61,018 bases of DNA from Chiloscyllium plagiosum (lineage: Eukaryota). Shown piece after piece: positions 50,291 through 61,018 of the stretch. Within the stretch, counting starts at the first letter, position 1. Each line of letters begins with the position of its first letter. The notes below the pieces were generated by a model. The model saw only the letters and a program-made list of their open reading frames with translations. It was not told the origin of the DNA and did not search any database. A program made the translations under genes and the position numbers. The stretch is from positions 32,432,988 to 32,494,005 of the forward strand of contig NC_057719.1 of NCBI RefSeq assembly GCF_004010195.1, read 5' to 3'.

Positions 50291-51554
50291 GTTAGCATAT
50301 CTCTGGTGTGGATATATTGGTTTCTATGAATGATTCAATCTACATTTGTTTGTTATTTCTGGTGGCTTAATTTAAAATAAGTTACTTTATTTTGGAGGGG
50401 AGAACTGTTGTATCGAACTGTTTAATGTTTAATTTTGCTTGCTATTAGCTATTCTCTGTGGCTGTTAGTGAAGTTTGAGTGTGGTTAAGGAGAAAAAAGA
50501 AGCTGAACTGAATGTGTAAGATATTTTAAAAGCATTGCATAAAACCAGTGGCATATCTCTGAAGGATAAACTACAGCAAAAGGGTCTGGCAGCAGCAGTG
50601 CTGCAGAGTCCAATTCTGTAGGCATTTATGCAGCATACAAGTGACACAACAGGCTAGATTTTATAGGGAGTGTGATTGTATTGCTCATCCCAGTAGAAAT
50701 ATTCATTGTGAACCAACCAGCTTTAAAACTACCTGCACAGCAGCTGGCAATAACCTGGTCAGCATGAGATTTCTGCCCCTCAGCAGAAGGAATTCCTCCT
50801 TTCACATCTGCCCAACAAATCAGCAGCTCCTGTAGTCACAGAATCACAAGGATATACTAGTGGGTGCTGCCAGAAAGCAGTCCATCAAAGAGGAGACTAC
50901 AGACACTAGACTAATGCAGCTGTGGGGATTTTGGACAAGAGAAACTGAGCACCCTGTAGTGGGGTGAGACGGGCTGTCAGTTTTTGGGGATCTGGGATTT
51001 GGGAAGCTCAATGTGGGGGCTACCATCAATCACAATAGGGCAGGTATTTTTAAAGTGATTCAGTTCACGATCAATGTTTCTACTGATGTTTGATACGCAC
51101 AAGGCACCTCCCCAAGTAGGAAGCCCCCCCCCCCACCTCAAAACCTCTCACCTTTTCACCAGAATTAGTGAAAAAGGTGCCTGCCTACTTTCATTGGTCT
51201 TCCCTGCCAATTATATAATGATGGCAGAGGCTGAATTTGACCCATAAATGCCCCTTACGTGGGCAGTTCAAGGTTTCATGATGTCTAAGGGTGGACAGAC
51301 TATTGGATAACATTAGACCCAATCTACCTCCTGGAATCCCCAGCCTTAGCCTACATTCAATATTGATAAAACACCCTGTCCATCGTAGGTAGCCTTTGAG
51401 CCCCCGGCACCAGCTTTTCCTCAATCACATTTGAAGCCCTGATCTCTATTGGAAGCCCTCAACCCCAATTCCACTGATGCCTCAATTGTATCCAAAGTCC
51501 CCTTCCTAATGACTGCTGAGATTCCATCTCATGGCACCCGGTCACCAAAGGCCA

Positions 51555-51920
51555 GGTCTGGCACAGTGATACTGTCACTGGGGTAGCAATCCAAAGGGTC
51601 AGGCTAACAGTTTGAGGATATATATTCACATCACACCATGGTAAAATTTTAATTCACTAAAAATCTAGAAATAAAAACTAATCTATTGGCAATGATATAC
51701 ACACTGCCGATTGTCATAAAAACCCATCTCAATCACAAAGTAAGGAAATCTGATGCTGTTACCCAATCTGGCCTCTACGTGACTTCAAGTCCACAGCAAC
51801 ATGAAACATTCCCATTCCTCTCTCCCAAAATGGCTCCAGCAAATCATTTGGTTCAAGGATAATTAGGGATGGGAAAAATTGCCAGCCTTGCAGGTGATAC
51901 ACATACATCCCGTGTAAGAA
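51555..51920 (+). mobile_element. DeuSINE-like SINE
   Basis: gattgtcataaaaacccatct..., caatctggcctctacgtgacttcaagtccacagcaac and aattagggatggg. Confidence 0.7.
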
Positions 51921-53744
51921 TCCTGTTCCTCCTCAGGCTGCACAGGGAGTGAACCTAATAAGGTATTGGATAAGAATACTCCTAAAAGCACTGTACAAGG
52001 TTTTTTCCTATTCTTCCCTTGTCAATCTCCTTTACACAAGAGAAAAGTGAGAACTCAGTGAAACAAATAAAAAGAAATCACTAATTGATGATATTCAATT
52101 GATGAAGCAGTTTCTGATACCCAACCAATTGATGAATATGCTGTTGTATCCCTTTCCTGTAGCGATAAAATAAATCACATCAACTGGGAGTTGATGAAAC
52201 CAAGTCGATGGTGATTTAAACAAAGTTTGATTGAAGCAACCTTTTATATTAGAACAGCAGCTTTACTTGCTGCATTGGGTGATTAAAGATGATTTCCAAA
52301 CAGTTACTGCAATTACTGATGAATTCATCATTTGAAATTTAACTTGTTTACAGTTGGCTTTCATTTATATTGCAAGGCTGTTTGGGATTAATAAGTTTTA
52401 CAGTATTTTATTACATTCATTCAATCATATAATATAAATTATTTTGGGTCAAATAATCTATAATGACTTATTGCAACACTCTGTAAAAAATTGCTCAGAA
52501 ATCTACTTAGGATTCACCTTACAGAAGAAAATATATCACACAGCTCTAACGATCTGTTTTAGCATAATCATTCATACAAGCTGTTGGCAGTGAGTCCATC
52601 TTTAACCAAGGATAATTTTTACATCCTTGTAAGCATCTGGAAATGTTACAATGCACCAGCAATGTAATAATCAGAACTTGCAAATAGGTTTCCTTAAACC
52701 TTTCAATAATATGTGACCTTACTCTACAATTCTACATCCTGGGTATCATTGTAATTTTGGACAAGTGTTTATGGAATGAATAATTGGGAGCTGTTTTATT
52801 TTGGAAGCTAAAGAATGGAAATGTTATTTATTATTGCCATCCAGTATCTACCATCCGTCAGACATTGGAGCTAAAATCCCATCCACATGAGCAATTCAGT
52901 CAAATCACATGCTTTAGGAAAATGTACAGGCAACATGCTGCCAACAAGTTATTACACTTGAACATTATTCTGTCATCCTCCCCAGATATATTGCAGGAAC
53001 AAAAATGAAGGAACAGAATTTGATTCTGATTGTTAATCATTCGATGACAATTTCTAATCGTTCCAATCTGTTATCGAGGATTCATCCCAGGGCACTTATC
53101 TACCAGGATGAAATAAGTTATTCCAACCTTGAATTGCTTTCTGATTAGGTCATTTTTGGATTAGTCAGTATAGTTTGTGGTTTGCTGCTTTCAACAGGGC
53201 AGTTCTATATTGGAGAGGGTGAACTAGGGAATAAAAAAGAAGAGTTAAGGGACAGAAACTCTCTAAAATGAACTATCAGCTTCAGCATTTTACTTATTAT
53301 TTGGACAATGATTCATTGGGGACAGCATGAAACAGGAAATCAGGGCAAAACATTTGTTCCATTCCTAAGTTTTGGAACTTCAGGTCATTGGGAATTAACA
53401 GAACTTCTACAAATACCTTAAAAAGAATTGAAAAGTTAAATACCAAACATCCTCATCAAAACTGAGTTTTAGGCATACTGACTTTGTGTAATTAAAGTAC
53501 ATATTTTATCAGGAATTATTGGTCAAATATAAATTCAAATACGTTGATGGAAATTAGGTAGTGAGGAACCCCTAGCTATTTGTTCAATTAATTTGCCATT
53601 TTTCCATGCAATATATTTCTTTAACATCCCCATTTTTGATTAGATCTATCTATTCCAGCAGAATATACTATTTCTAAGCAGTAAATTGTTACATTTTGTT
53701 TTAATCCTCCTTTTATCATTCTTCTTACAAGAGGTAATTGCATC

Positions 53745-54160
53745 TTACAGCATGGAAACAGACCCTTCAGTACAACCAGTCCATGCCGAACATAATCTCA
53801 AATTAAAATGGGCCACCTGCGTGCTCCTGGCCCATATCCTTCCAAATCTTTCCGATTTGTGTACATATCCAAATCTCCTTTAAACGCTGTAATTGTACCG
53901 ACTTCCATCATTTCCTCTGGACATTCGTTTCACACGCGTGAAATATCCTCTGTGTGAAAATTTTGCATCTCATATCTTTTTTAACTCTCTCTCCCTTTCA
54001 CCTTAAATGTGTGCCGCCTAGTCTTGAAATCCTCCATCTTAGGAAGGCACCAACTACCATTAACTCTATCTATACCCTTTGTTATTTTATAAACTTCTAT
54101 TAGGTTGCCTCTCAACCTCCTATGCTCCAGTGGAAAAAGATCCCAGCCTATCCAGCCTTT
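53745..54160 (-). mobile_element. CR1/HER1 3' fragment
   Basis: acagcatggaaacagacccttc tail; minus-strand KERLDRLG..LEHRRLRGNLIEVYKI. Confidence 0.88.
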
Positions 54161-54168
54161 CTTTATGT

Positions 54169-54369
54169 ATCACACAACACCGGGTTATAGTCCAGCAGGT
54201 TTGTTTGGAAGCACTAACTTTCAGAGCGCTGCTTCTTCATCAGGTGCTTGTGTGAAGGAGCAGCATTCTGAAAGCTAGTGCTTTCAAATAAACCTCCTTG
54301 GACTATAATCTGGTGTTGTGTGATTTTTAACTTTGTCCACCCCAGTCCAACACCAGCATCTCCAAATCA
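54169..54369. mobile_element. Palindromic hammerhead mini-element, family B, copy 3, 13-bp TSD
   Basis: TSD ttctttatgtatc at 54159-54171 and 54370-54382; tail on the right. Confidence 0.88.
54209..54249 (-). ncRNA. Minimal type I hammerhead ribozyme, family B, with 6-bp stem I
   Basis: AAGCAC-CUGAUGA-A-GAAGC-agc-GCUCU-GAAA-GUUA-GUGCUU. Confidence 0.72.
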
Positions 54370-55244
54370 TTCTTTATGTATCTTATTCTAGTCAATTGGT
54401 GGCATCAGTCTTCTGAACCTTTAAAAATAGCATTGGCCCATGTTATTTAGAGAATTATTTTTGATCAAAGGTATAACTTTGAAAGGATCTGAGTTACGAA
54501 CAGATGTGCTCTTATCAAAATAAATCCTTTTTAAAGTGTGGATCTTGTATCAAATGTAGAGCACTTGAGGAGCCTCACTGAATGTTTGTGAGTCTTGCTT
54601 TCAACCACCCTTAGCAACCCAGCAGACACTAAAGACAGTGGAGACTACAAATGTTGAGGATGACTGCAGATAACTGCAAGTGATCTCAATATCAATGGTT
54701 GCAACTGTTAATGGACCTACTTCAGCAGTAACACTTAGTAAGGATATTAAGAGACCTTTTAGCTGTTCCATTTTGAAAAGAAGTAACTAACACATGGGTC
54801 ACAAGCGATACATGAGCAAGAAAAAGCAAGACCTGACAATATTTTTTTGGATTCTTTTTATCACTGCAAGTAACTATTGAATTCTAAGAAAAGTACAATG
54901 AATATGCATTGAGATGAATGATGTGCATTCAATTAAAATGTTTACAGAAAAGTAAAATATTTGATCTAACATTTAAGCATGATTCAGAGAAGGAAATTTA
55001 TATAACACTGTCTGGGACAGCAGCAAAGAAAGCCTTGTGTATCAAAAAACATTCAAATTGTAGTTGTAAGTTGCTTTTTAATTACGTTATAATTTAGTTA
55101 GTCCATTCCTCATAAAACAAAAGACAGATAACACATACCTTCCTGTTAAGTATAAAGAAAAGCAGATCATAAACATTCTGGGGGGTCACTGTGAACCAGA
55201 AATGTAACTGGACCAGTCATATATAAACATTGTGATTATAAGAA

Positions 55245-55500
55245 CAGATTAGAGGCTGGGATTTGTGCAATAAGAAATTCAACTCCTGACTCCCCAAAAC
55301 CTGTTCACCATCAAAAAACCAAATTCTGGAATGCATCGGAATACTTTCCACTTTCCCAGATGAATGCAGTTTTAGAACATTGAAGAAACGTGACACAATC
55401 TAGGGTTGAGCAACCTGCCCAATCAGTGGCATATACAGCTTCCTAAGTATTCACTACCTTCACCATCGATGCAAATTGGCAATAGTGTGTACTAGACACA
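55245..55500 (+). mobile_element. Old CR1/L2-group LINE fragment
   Basis: Homologous to 670-930. Confidence 0.6.
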
Positions 55501-55502
55501 AT

Positions 55503-56220
55503 TGTTACAATCCCTGTAAAGATTGATAACCATTTAAGAGGAAATGGTTATCATGATGTCAGTGGAAAGAAAACCAATGAATTAGATTTCATTTTTTAAA
55601 GCTTGCATTGTAATAAATCAGTGCAAACCAATATAATTCAAACATCAATTAACAAACAAATAATACCTCCTCTCAAAAAAGGAAATTTCACTTGAAGTAG
55701 TCAACGCAAAGATACATATCACGTAATTACAAGTATTCATATTACATCCCACACAAATGTGGTAACAGTGTGATCTTACAGTCTTTCCAACTAAGTCTCC
55801 GATATATGGATCTTTCAGTTCCCACTCAATGGTTCAGTCCTTGAGTTACTTTCATCAGTAGGTGGATTTCATCTGAAGTTTCCAGATTTAGTTGACATTG
55901 ATAATGCACTCTTCTGTGATCTCTCTTTCTTTCTCTCTCTCTGTCTCTCAGATCTGGCTAGTAGTGATGGCAGAGCGTTTCAGATTTCTTTTCCAAGCAA
56001 CCAACTAATCCACTCGGTGCATGGCCGGGTCGTCTAATTCAAATGCTCTGCTTGATCACAGGCTGCTTTATTAAGAGCCTTTTGAGTTGTAAATGTCTTC
56101 TCACTGCCAAACAACAAATTGGGTATTCATAAAAAGTTTGCACAGTTCTACGAGCCAATAACCTGCAAGTTTTAGGATAATGGAGATGAAATTAAAACAG
56201 AGACCTCAAAAGGTCACGAA
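55503..56220. mobile_element. Possible solo LTR
   Basis: Starts tgttaca, contains a (ct)n tract and is abutted by CR1 on the right; no TSD seen. Confidence 0.3.
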
Positions 56221-56221
56221 T

Positions 56222-56790
56222 TAATTGAGACATATAAGATGATCAAAGGGTTAGATAGGTTGGATAGTGAGACCCTTTTTCCTTGGATGGAGATGAGTAG
56301 CACAAGGGGACATAGCTTTACATTGAGAGGTGATAGATATAGGACAGATGTCTGAGGTAGTTTCTTTACTCAGAGAGTAGTATGAGCATAGAACGTATTG
56401 CCTGCAACATTAGTAGACTTGCCAACTTCAAGGGCGTTTAAATGGTCATTGGATAGGCATATTGATGAGAATGGAATAGTGTAGTTTAGATGGGCTTCAG
56501 ATTGGGTCTACAGGTTGGCGCAATATCGAGGGCCGAAGGGCCTGTACTGCGCTGTAATGTTCTACGTTCTATGAATCTGTGGAATTCTTTATCCCAGAGT
56601 GTGGTAGCTGCTGGAACATTGAGTAAATTCAAGGTGGAGATAGACAGATCTTTCATTATTAGTGGGTTCAAAGGTTATGGAGAGCATGCAACAAAGTAGT
56701 ATTGAAGCTAAGGTAAGATCAACAATGATTGTATCAAATGGCAGAGCAGGTTCAGAGGATTGAATTGTTGAGCTCTTATGTAACATATCA
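56222..56790 (+). mobile_element. Two abutting CR1 3' ends
   Basis: LIETYKMIKGLDR...RSSFFTQRVV with tail gggccgaagggcctg(ttcta), then a second NLWNSLSQ..KFKVEIDR with its 3' UTR. Confidence 0.9.
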
Positions 56791-59690
56791 TTATGGTTCA
56801 AGCTTTCTATTTATTTAAGAAATGGCAATATCCCAATAGATTCTTTCCTCAGCTCCCTCTTCTCCAGAGAACAGAATCTCAAACTCTTCATATAATTTCA
56901 AATACTCTGTCTCCAAAACCACCTCCTTACTACTTTACTCTGTTTTAACTACCTACACTGATTTACTGAATTAATGCAATGAAATTTGAGGTGATGTTTC
57001 ACTTTTTAAAATTACTTTTCTAATTGTTAAACTTCTGCCAGATGAATACTGCTCCTTTCCTTTAACAGAATTGGACAATACAGAACTGAAAGTCCTGGCC
57101 CATATTTCAATCACTAGAATCATTGTCAACCACATCCAGGAAATAGTTTTCCAGTGGCAGGAGCTCAGGCTACCTCTCTGCCGTAGATAATTGGGTTGAC
57201 CTAAAAGGAATTCATGTTGCCTTGAGTTCAGCCGTTGTCCCTTGTCAGCTGTCACCTAACAGCAGATACACCTTTCAATAGTTTCTTCCATCTGGCAACT
57301 GTATTTTCTTTCTGAGAGGGCCTTTACTTTTGACTTTTTCTTGATGGCTGATGTTCCTGAGAGATTTTAGTCAACTTGATAGGTTGGGAATGATTAAATG
57401 TTCACTGTGTAGAATATCATCCTCAGTGACAGCAAACCAGTTACAGTTGCCAGTAGTCTGCTTTGAACCTGTGCTGCTGAGTGGAACTCCAGACACAATG
57501 ACCATTTTTACACATCTAAAACATCTCCCCAGGAGTACTCCTGATCTCCTGTTGAAATTGTGACAGATCATGAAAACTCTCAGTGAAGGCAAGTATCTGT
57601 AAACTGAGCTCATAAATCAAGTCTATTCCACATATCCATAGGCCCTGTAGGAATTTATGAATTATATTCATGTCTTCTGAACTCTTATCTAGTTCATTCA
57701 AAATTATTCAAAAAACTCGCATAACTAATCTTAAAATAGATTGTTCACATTTACAAAGACAGACAATGTTATTTAACTTCTGGTACAAGCACACTGCAGT
57801 TTGTTATTAACGTGAACCATAGTTAAAGATGATGAAACACATCAACCCTTCCTCAACATCAAACTTATATTAATCAGTTTAGAAACTATCCATCTCATTC
57901 TCAGGTTGTCCTATTGGCTACGATGGACATCTTCTGTGAGAGATGTTAGATAATAAACGGAATCAGAAAGACAGAATGGGTAAAGCTGACCAATTTTGGT
58001 GGCACAACGCCAGATTAACCTCAGATCATTGCCAAGTGTCTAGGGCAGCCAAATAAAATAAGTGTTAGGTCCTTCCATATGCTGATGAGAAACCTCTGTT
58101 GGAATTTTCCCATTCCAAATCAGACAGGGTTGGCAAACATAACGCCAGCCAAGTGGTGCAGCCAGAAGGCCCTTTTTCTATTTCCACCAGACAGACAGGC
58201 AGCAGGCCTGATACTGTCCTATCTTCTAGCCATCATTGGGGAATGTATTTGTGTTCTCCTTCTTGGAAAGTTTTCTGAATTTCTTTATCGGTGTTTAGCA
58301 GCTGTTGAGTTTCTACATATTGCGTGGAAGTGGAAGACATTAAGTAATTTTGTTGAACACCTTTGATTGCTATTAAGTTCAGAAATATTCTGAGGTCAGA
58401 TTGATTTTTGCAGGATTGATGGCTCTTGAATGCAGCTTTTACAAAGAACTTCACTAATATGTTCATAAATTGGAAAAGGGTTGGGATGGATAGTTGGCTT
58501 CCCTGGACACTAGGCAAATATCTGAGGCTAATCTGGCATAGTGATGCACAATTGGCCAGTTTTACCCACAATTCCTTCTGGATTTATTTATCACCTAACT
58601 TTTACGGAAGATGTTCATTGTAGCAAAGAGGGTGATCTGAGAATGATATTGATAATTTCTCAACTGACTGATCTTAGATTGGTGTTGGGGGGAGGTGACA
58701 TTGTGGAAACGTGGATGATGAATATAGTGAGGGGCTTGAAGGGAAAAACCTTTAAATCTTAACACAATATTACAATGTTCTAAGGACATTTTAGCCATGC
58801 TTTGAGGTCTTCTGGAAGGAATTGGACGTTTAACTTGCCTGCTCCAGAATCAGTCTGCCTCCAACCTCAGTTCTGACTAATTGGATAACAGACCAGCCTT
58901 TGGGTCAATTAAGTCTCTAGTCAATTAAGCTGCATTCCCTGGCAGCATGGTGACACAGATGGATGGGAACGTGATTCAGATTCAGTCTCAATTTTCATCT
59001 CCCGGAGGAAAGCTTCAGCTCTAAGCTTTCTGTTCCAAAATGATGAACTAGATGAACTACAATCTCTAAAGTGGTTCAGGTGTATGCCCCTTTCCTCAAA
59101 GGTTTTCTGGGTGTTTTTTGTGACATAAAAATGTGATTTCTTTTTTTTTTGAACGGAGCCAGAAGGAGTTGAAATGATTCTTTTGGCTTTATGGCAGAGG
59201 ACTGATGGTGCCTTGTGATCCAACCCAATTCCATTTTCCTTTCCACCTTTAACAGCATTGCAGTTGTGGGGTCAACTGGTTCAAAAATGACCAATGACCA
59301 ATGAGCAAACTACTTCTGGAACCCAGACACCCATCCAGAAGCAGCTCACTCAAATTATTGCAATGGTCCAGGTACAGATAAGCCTCATGTTTCTGGACAC
59401 TGTCTGCACAGTAATGGTTTCACATCTGACAATAAGCTGTACCCCTTTTCTATCCCAATATGTTCTAGTCTCTCCTCTTCTAACATCCAAAGACCACTTT
59501 AAATATGACATTTGTCTTGATAGACAACATTTCATAAAACAATCTTTACTTAGATTCTGTATTCAATTTTTCCAAGCTCTTCCATTGGTGCTTCCAAGTC
59601 ACCTGACCAATGTTTAGTGCTATTTAGGCAGAGGAGAGTAGTCAACTGTAAGAATCCATTTTGTTACATATCCATGGCACATGTATCTAT

Positions 59691-59898
59691 TTTAAATATC
59701 ACACAAAACCAGGTTATAGTCCAACAGATTTAGTTGAAAGCATTAGCTTTCGGAACGCTGTTCCTTCATCAAGTGGTTGTAGGAGCAACGCACCAAGTGC
59801 TAGTGCTTCCAGGTAAACCTATTGGACCATAATCTGCTGTTGTGTGATTTTTAACTTTGTACACCCCAGTCCAACACTGGCACTTCCAAATCATGACT
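59691..59898. mobile_element. Palindromic hammerhead mini-element, family B, copy 4, 9-bp TSD
   Basis: TSD tgtatctat at 59682-59690 and 59899-59907; arms and tail as in the other copies. Confidence 0.85.
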
Positions 59899-60444
59899 TG
59901 TATCTATGTAATGGTTTTGCAATGACATCCTCAGCACATTCTCAAGTTGTGAATCTAAACTAAATTTAGAATACGGGAGAGAGAAAGGCTTCTGTACATT
60001 TTCACCTTCATTACCATAGATATCCGTTTTAATATTTTTACACTCAGTATATTATCTCTGAACTGGTAACTATTCTCATCTTATCTGCAATAGAATAGGA
60101 TGAGATTCTGCTGAGATTGTAGTGACAAAGCCATTTCACAAGACCATTCAGAGATTATGTCCACAGACAACTTTAATTTCCTGGGCTGTGTGACAGCACA
60201 ACAGCATTGATTGTAATTATATCACAATTGGAGGGGCGAGAAGATATGGTAGTGATTATGCTTCTGTGTAGTCTCCTGAAAATGAGAGACCAGTACAGTC
60301 ATATATTTGCTTATTTCTTTTTGTGTGAGCAATGTTCCAATTTGTTTTGTTAGCTTTCTGAAACATTCAGAAGTGATGTGCATTTATAACAGAAAGTATA
60401 CCAGAAATCTGCCTCTGGGCAGACACACACAGACAACTGCGTCT

Positions 60445-61018
60445 TAGAGTCATAGAGCCATAGAGATGTACAGCAGGGAAACAGACCATTCGGTCCAACC
60501 TGTCCATGCCGAACACAAATCCCAACCCAATCTAGTCCCACCTGCCAGCACGCGGCCCATTTCCCTCCAAACCCTTCCTATTAATATATCCATTCAAATG
60601 CCTCTTAAATGTTGCAATTGTACCAGCCCCCACCACATCCTCTGGCAGCTCATTCCATACACGTACCACCCTCTCGTGAAAAAGTTGCCCCTTAGGTCTC
60701 TTTTATATCTTGCCCCTCTCACCCTAAACCTATGCCCTCTAGTTCTGGACTCCCCGACCCCAGGGAAAAGACTTTGTCTATTTATCCTATCCATGCCCCT
60801 CATAATTTTATAAACCTCTATGAGGTCACTCCTCAGCCGCCGACGCTCCAGGAAAAACAGCCCCAGCCTGTTCAGCCTCTCCCTGTAGCTCAGATCCTCC
60901 AACCCTGGCAACATCCTTGGAAATCTTTTCTGAACCCTTTCAAGTTTCACTACATCTTTCCGATAGGAAGGAGACCAGAATTGCACGCAATATTCCAACA
61001 GTGGCCTAACCAATGTCC
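60445..61018 (-). mobile_element. CR1/HER1 LINE 3' end, running off the window
   Basis: ORF 60594-61013 VRPLLEYCVQFWSPSYRKDVVKLERVQKRF; (ctatgact)-like tail at 60445-60468. Confidence 0.95.

Overview
Repeat-rich genomic DNA of a cartilaginous fish, most likely a shark, judged from HE1-type tRNA SINEs, their CR1/HER1 partner LINEs and DeuSINE-like elements. No intact host gene could be identified; the best candidate is a short minus-strand terminal exon at 31696-31777. Most ORFs in the track are fragments of decayed retroelements: many CR1 LINEs, a nested and decayed Ty3/Gypsy element (about 11.76-17.42 kb) and two Penelope-like elements (PLEs; 23294-24345 and about 36780-38986). The main signal is a population of 130-210 bp non-coding PLE derivatives plus related PLE 3' ends, from about five sequence families. 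They carry minimal type I hammerhead ribozyme (HHR) motifs of the form CUGANGA-stem II-GAAA-palindromic ACGU/AGCU, and many have 9-14 bp target-site duplications (TSDs). Several are whole-element hairpins with ribozyme motifs on both strands, and their 5' ends or inversion junctions repeatedly fall at the ribozyme core. All calls were made by eye, without database searches; boundaries of old repeats are approximate.
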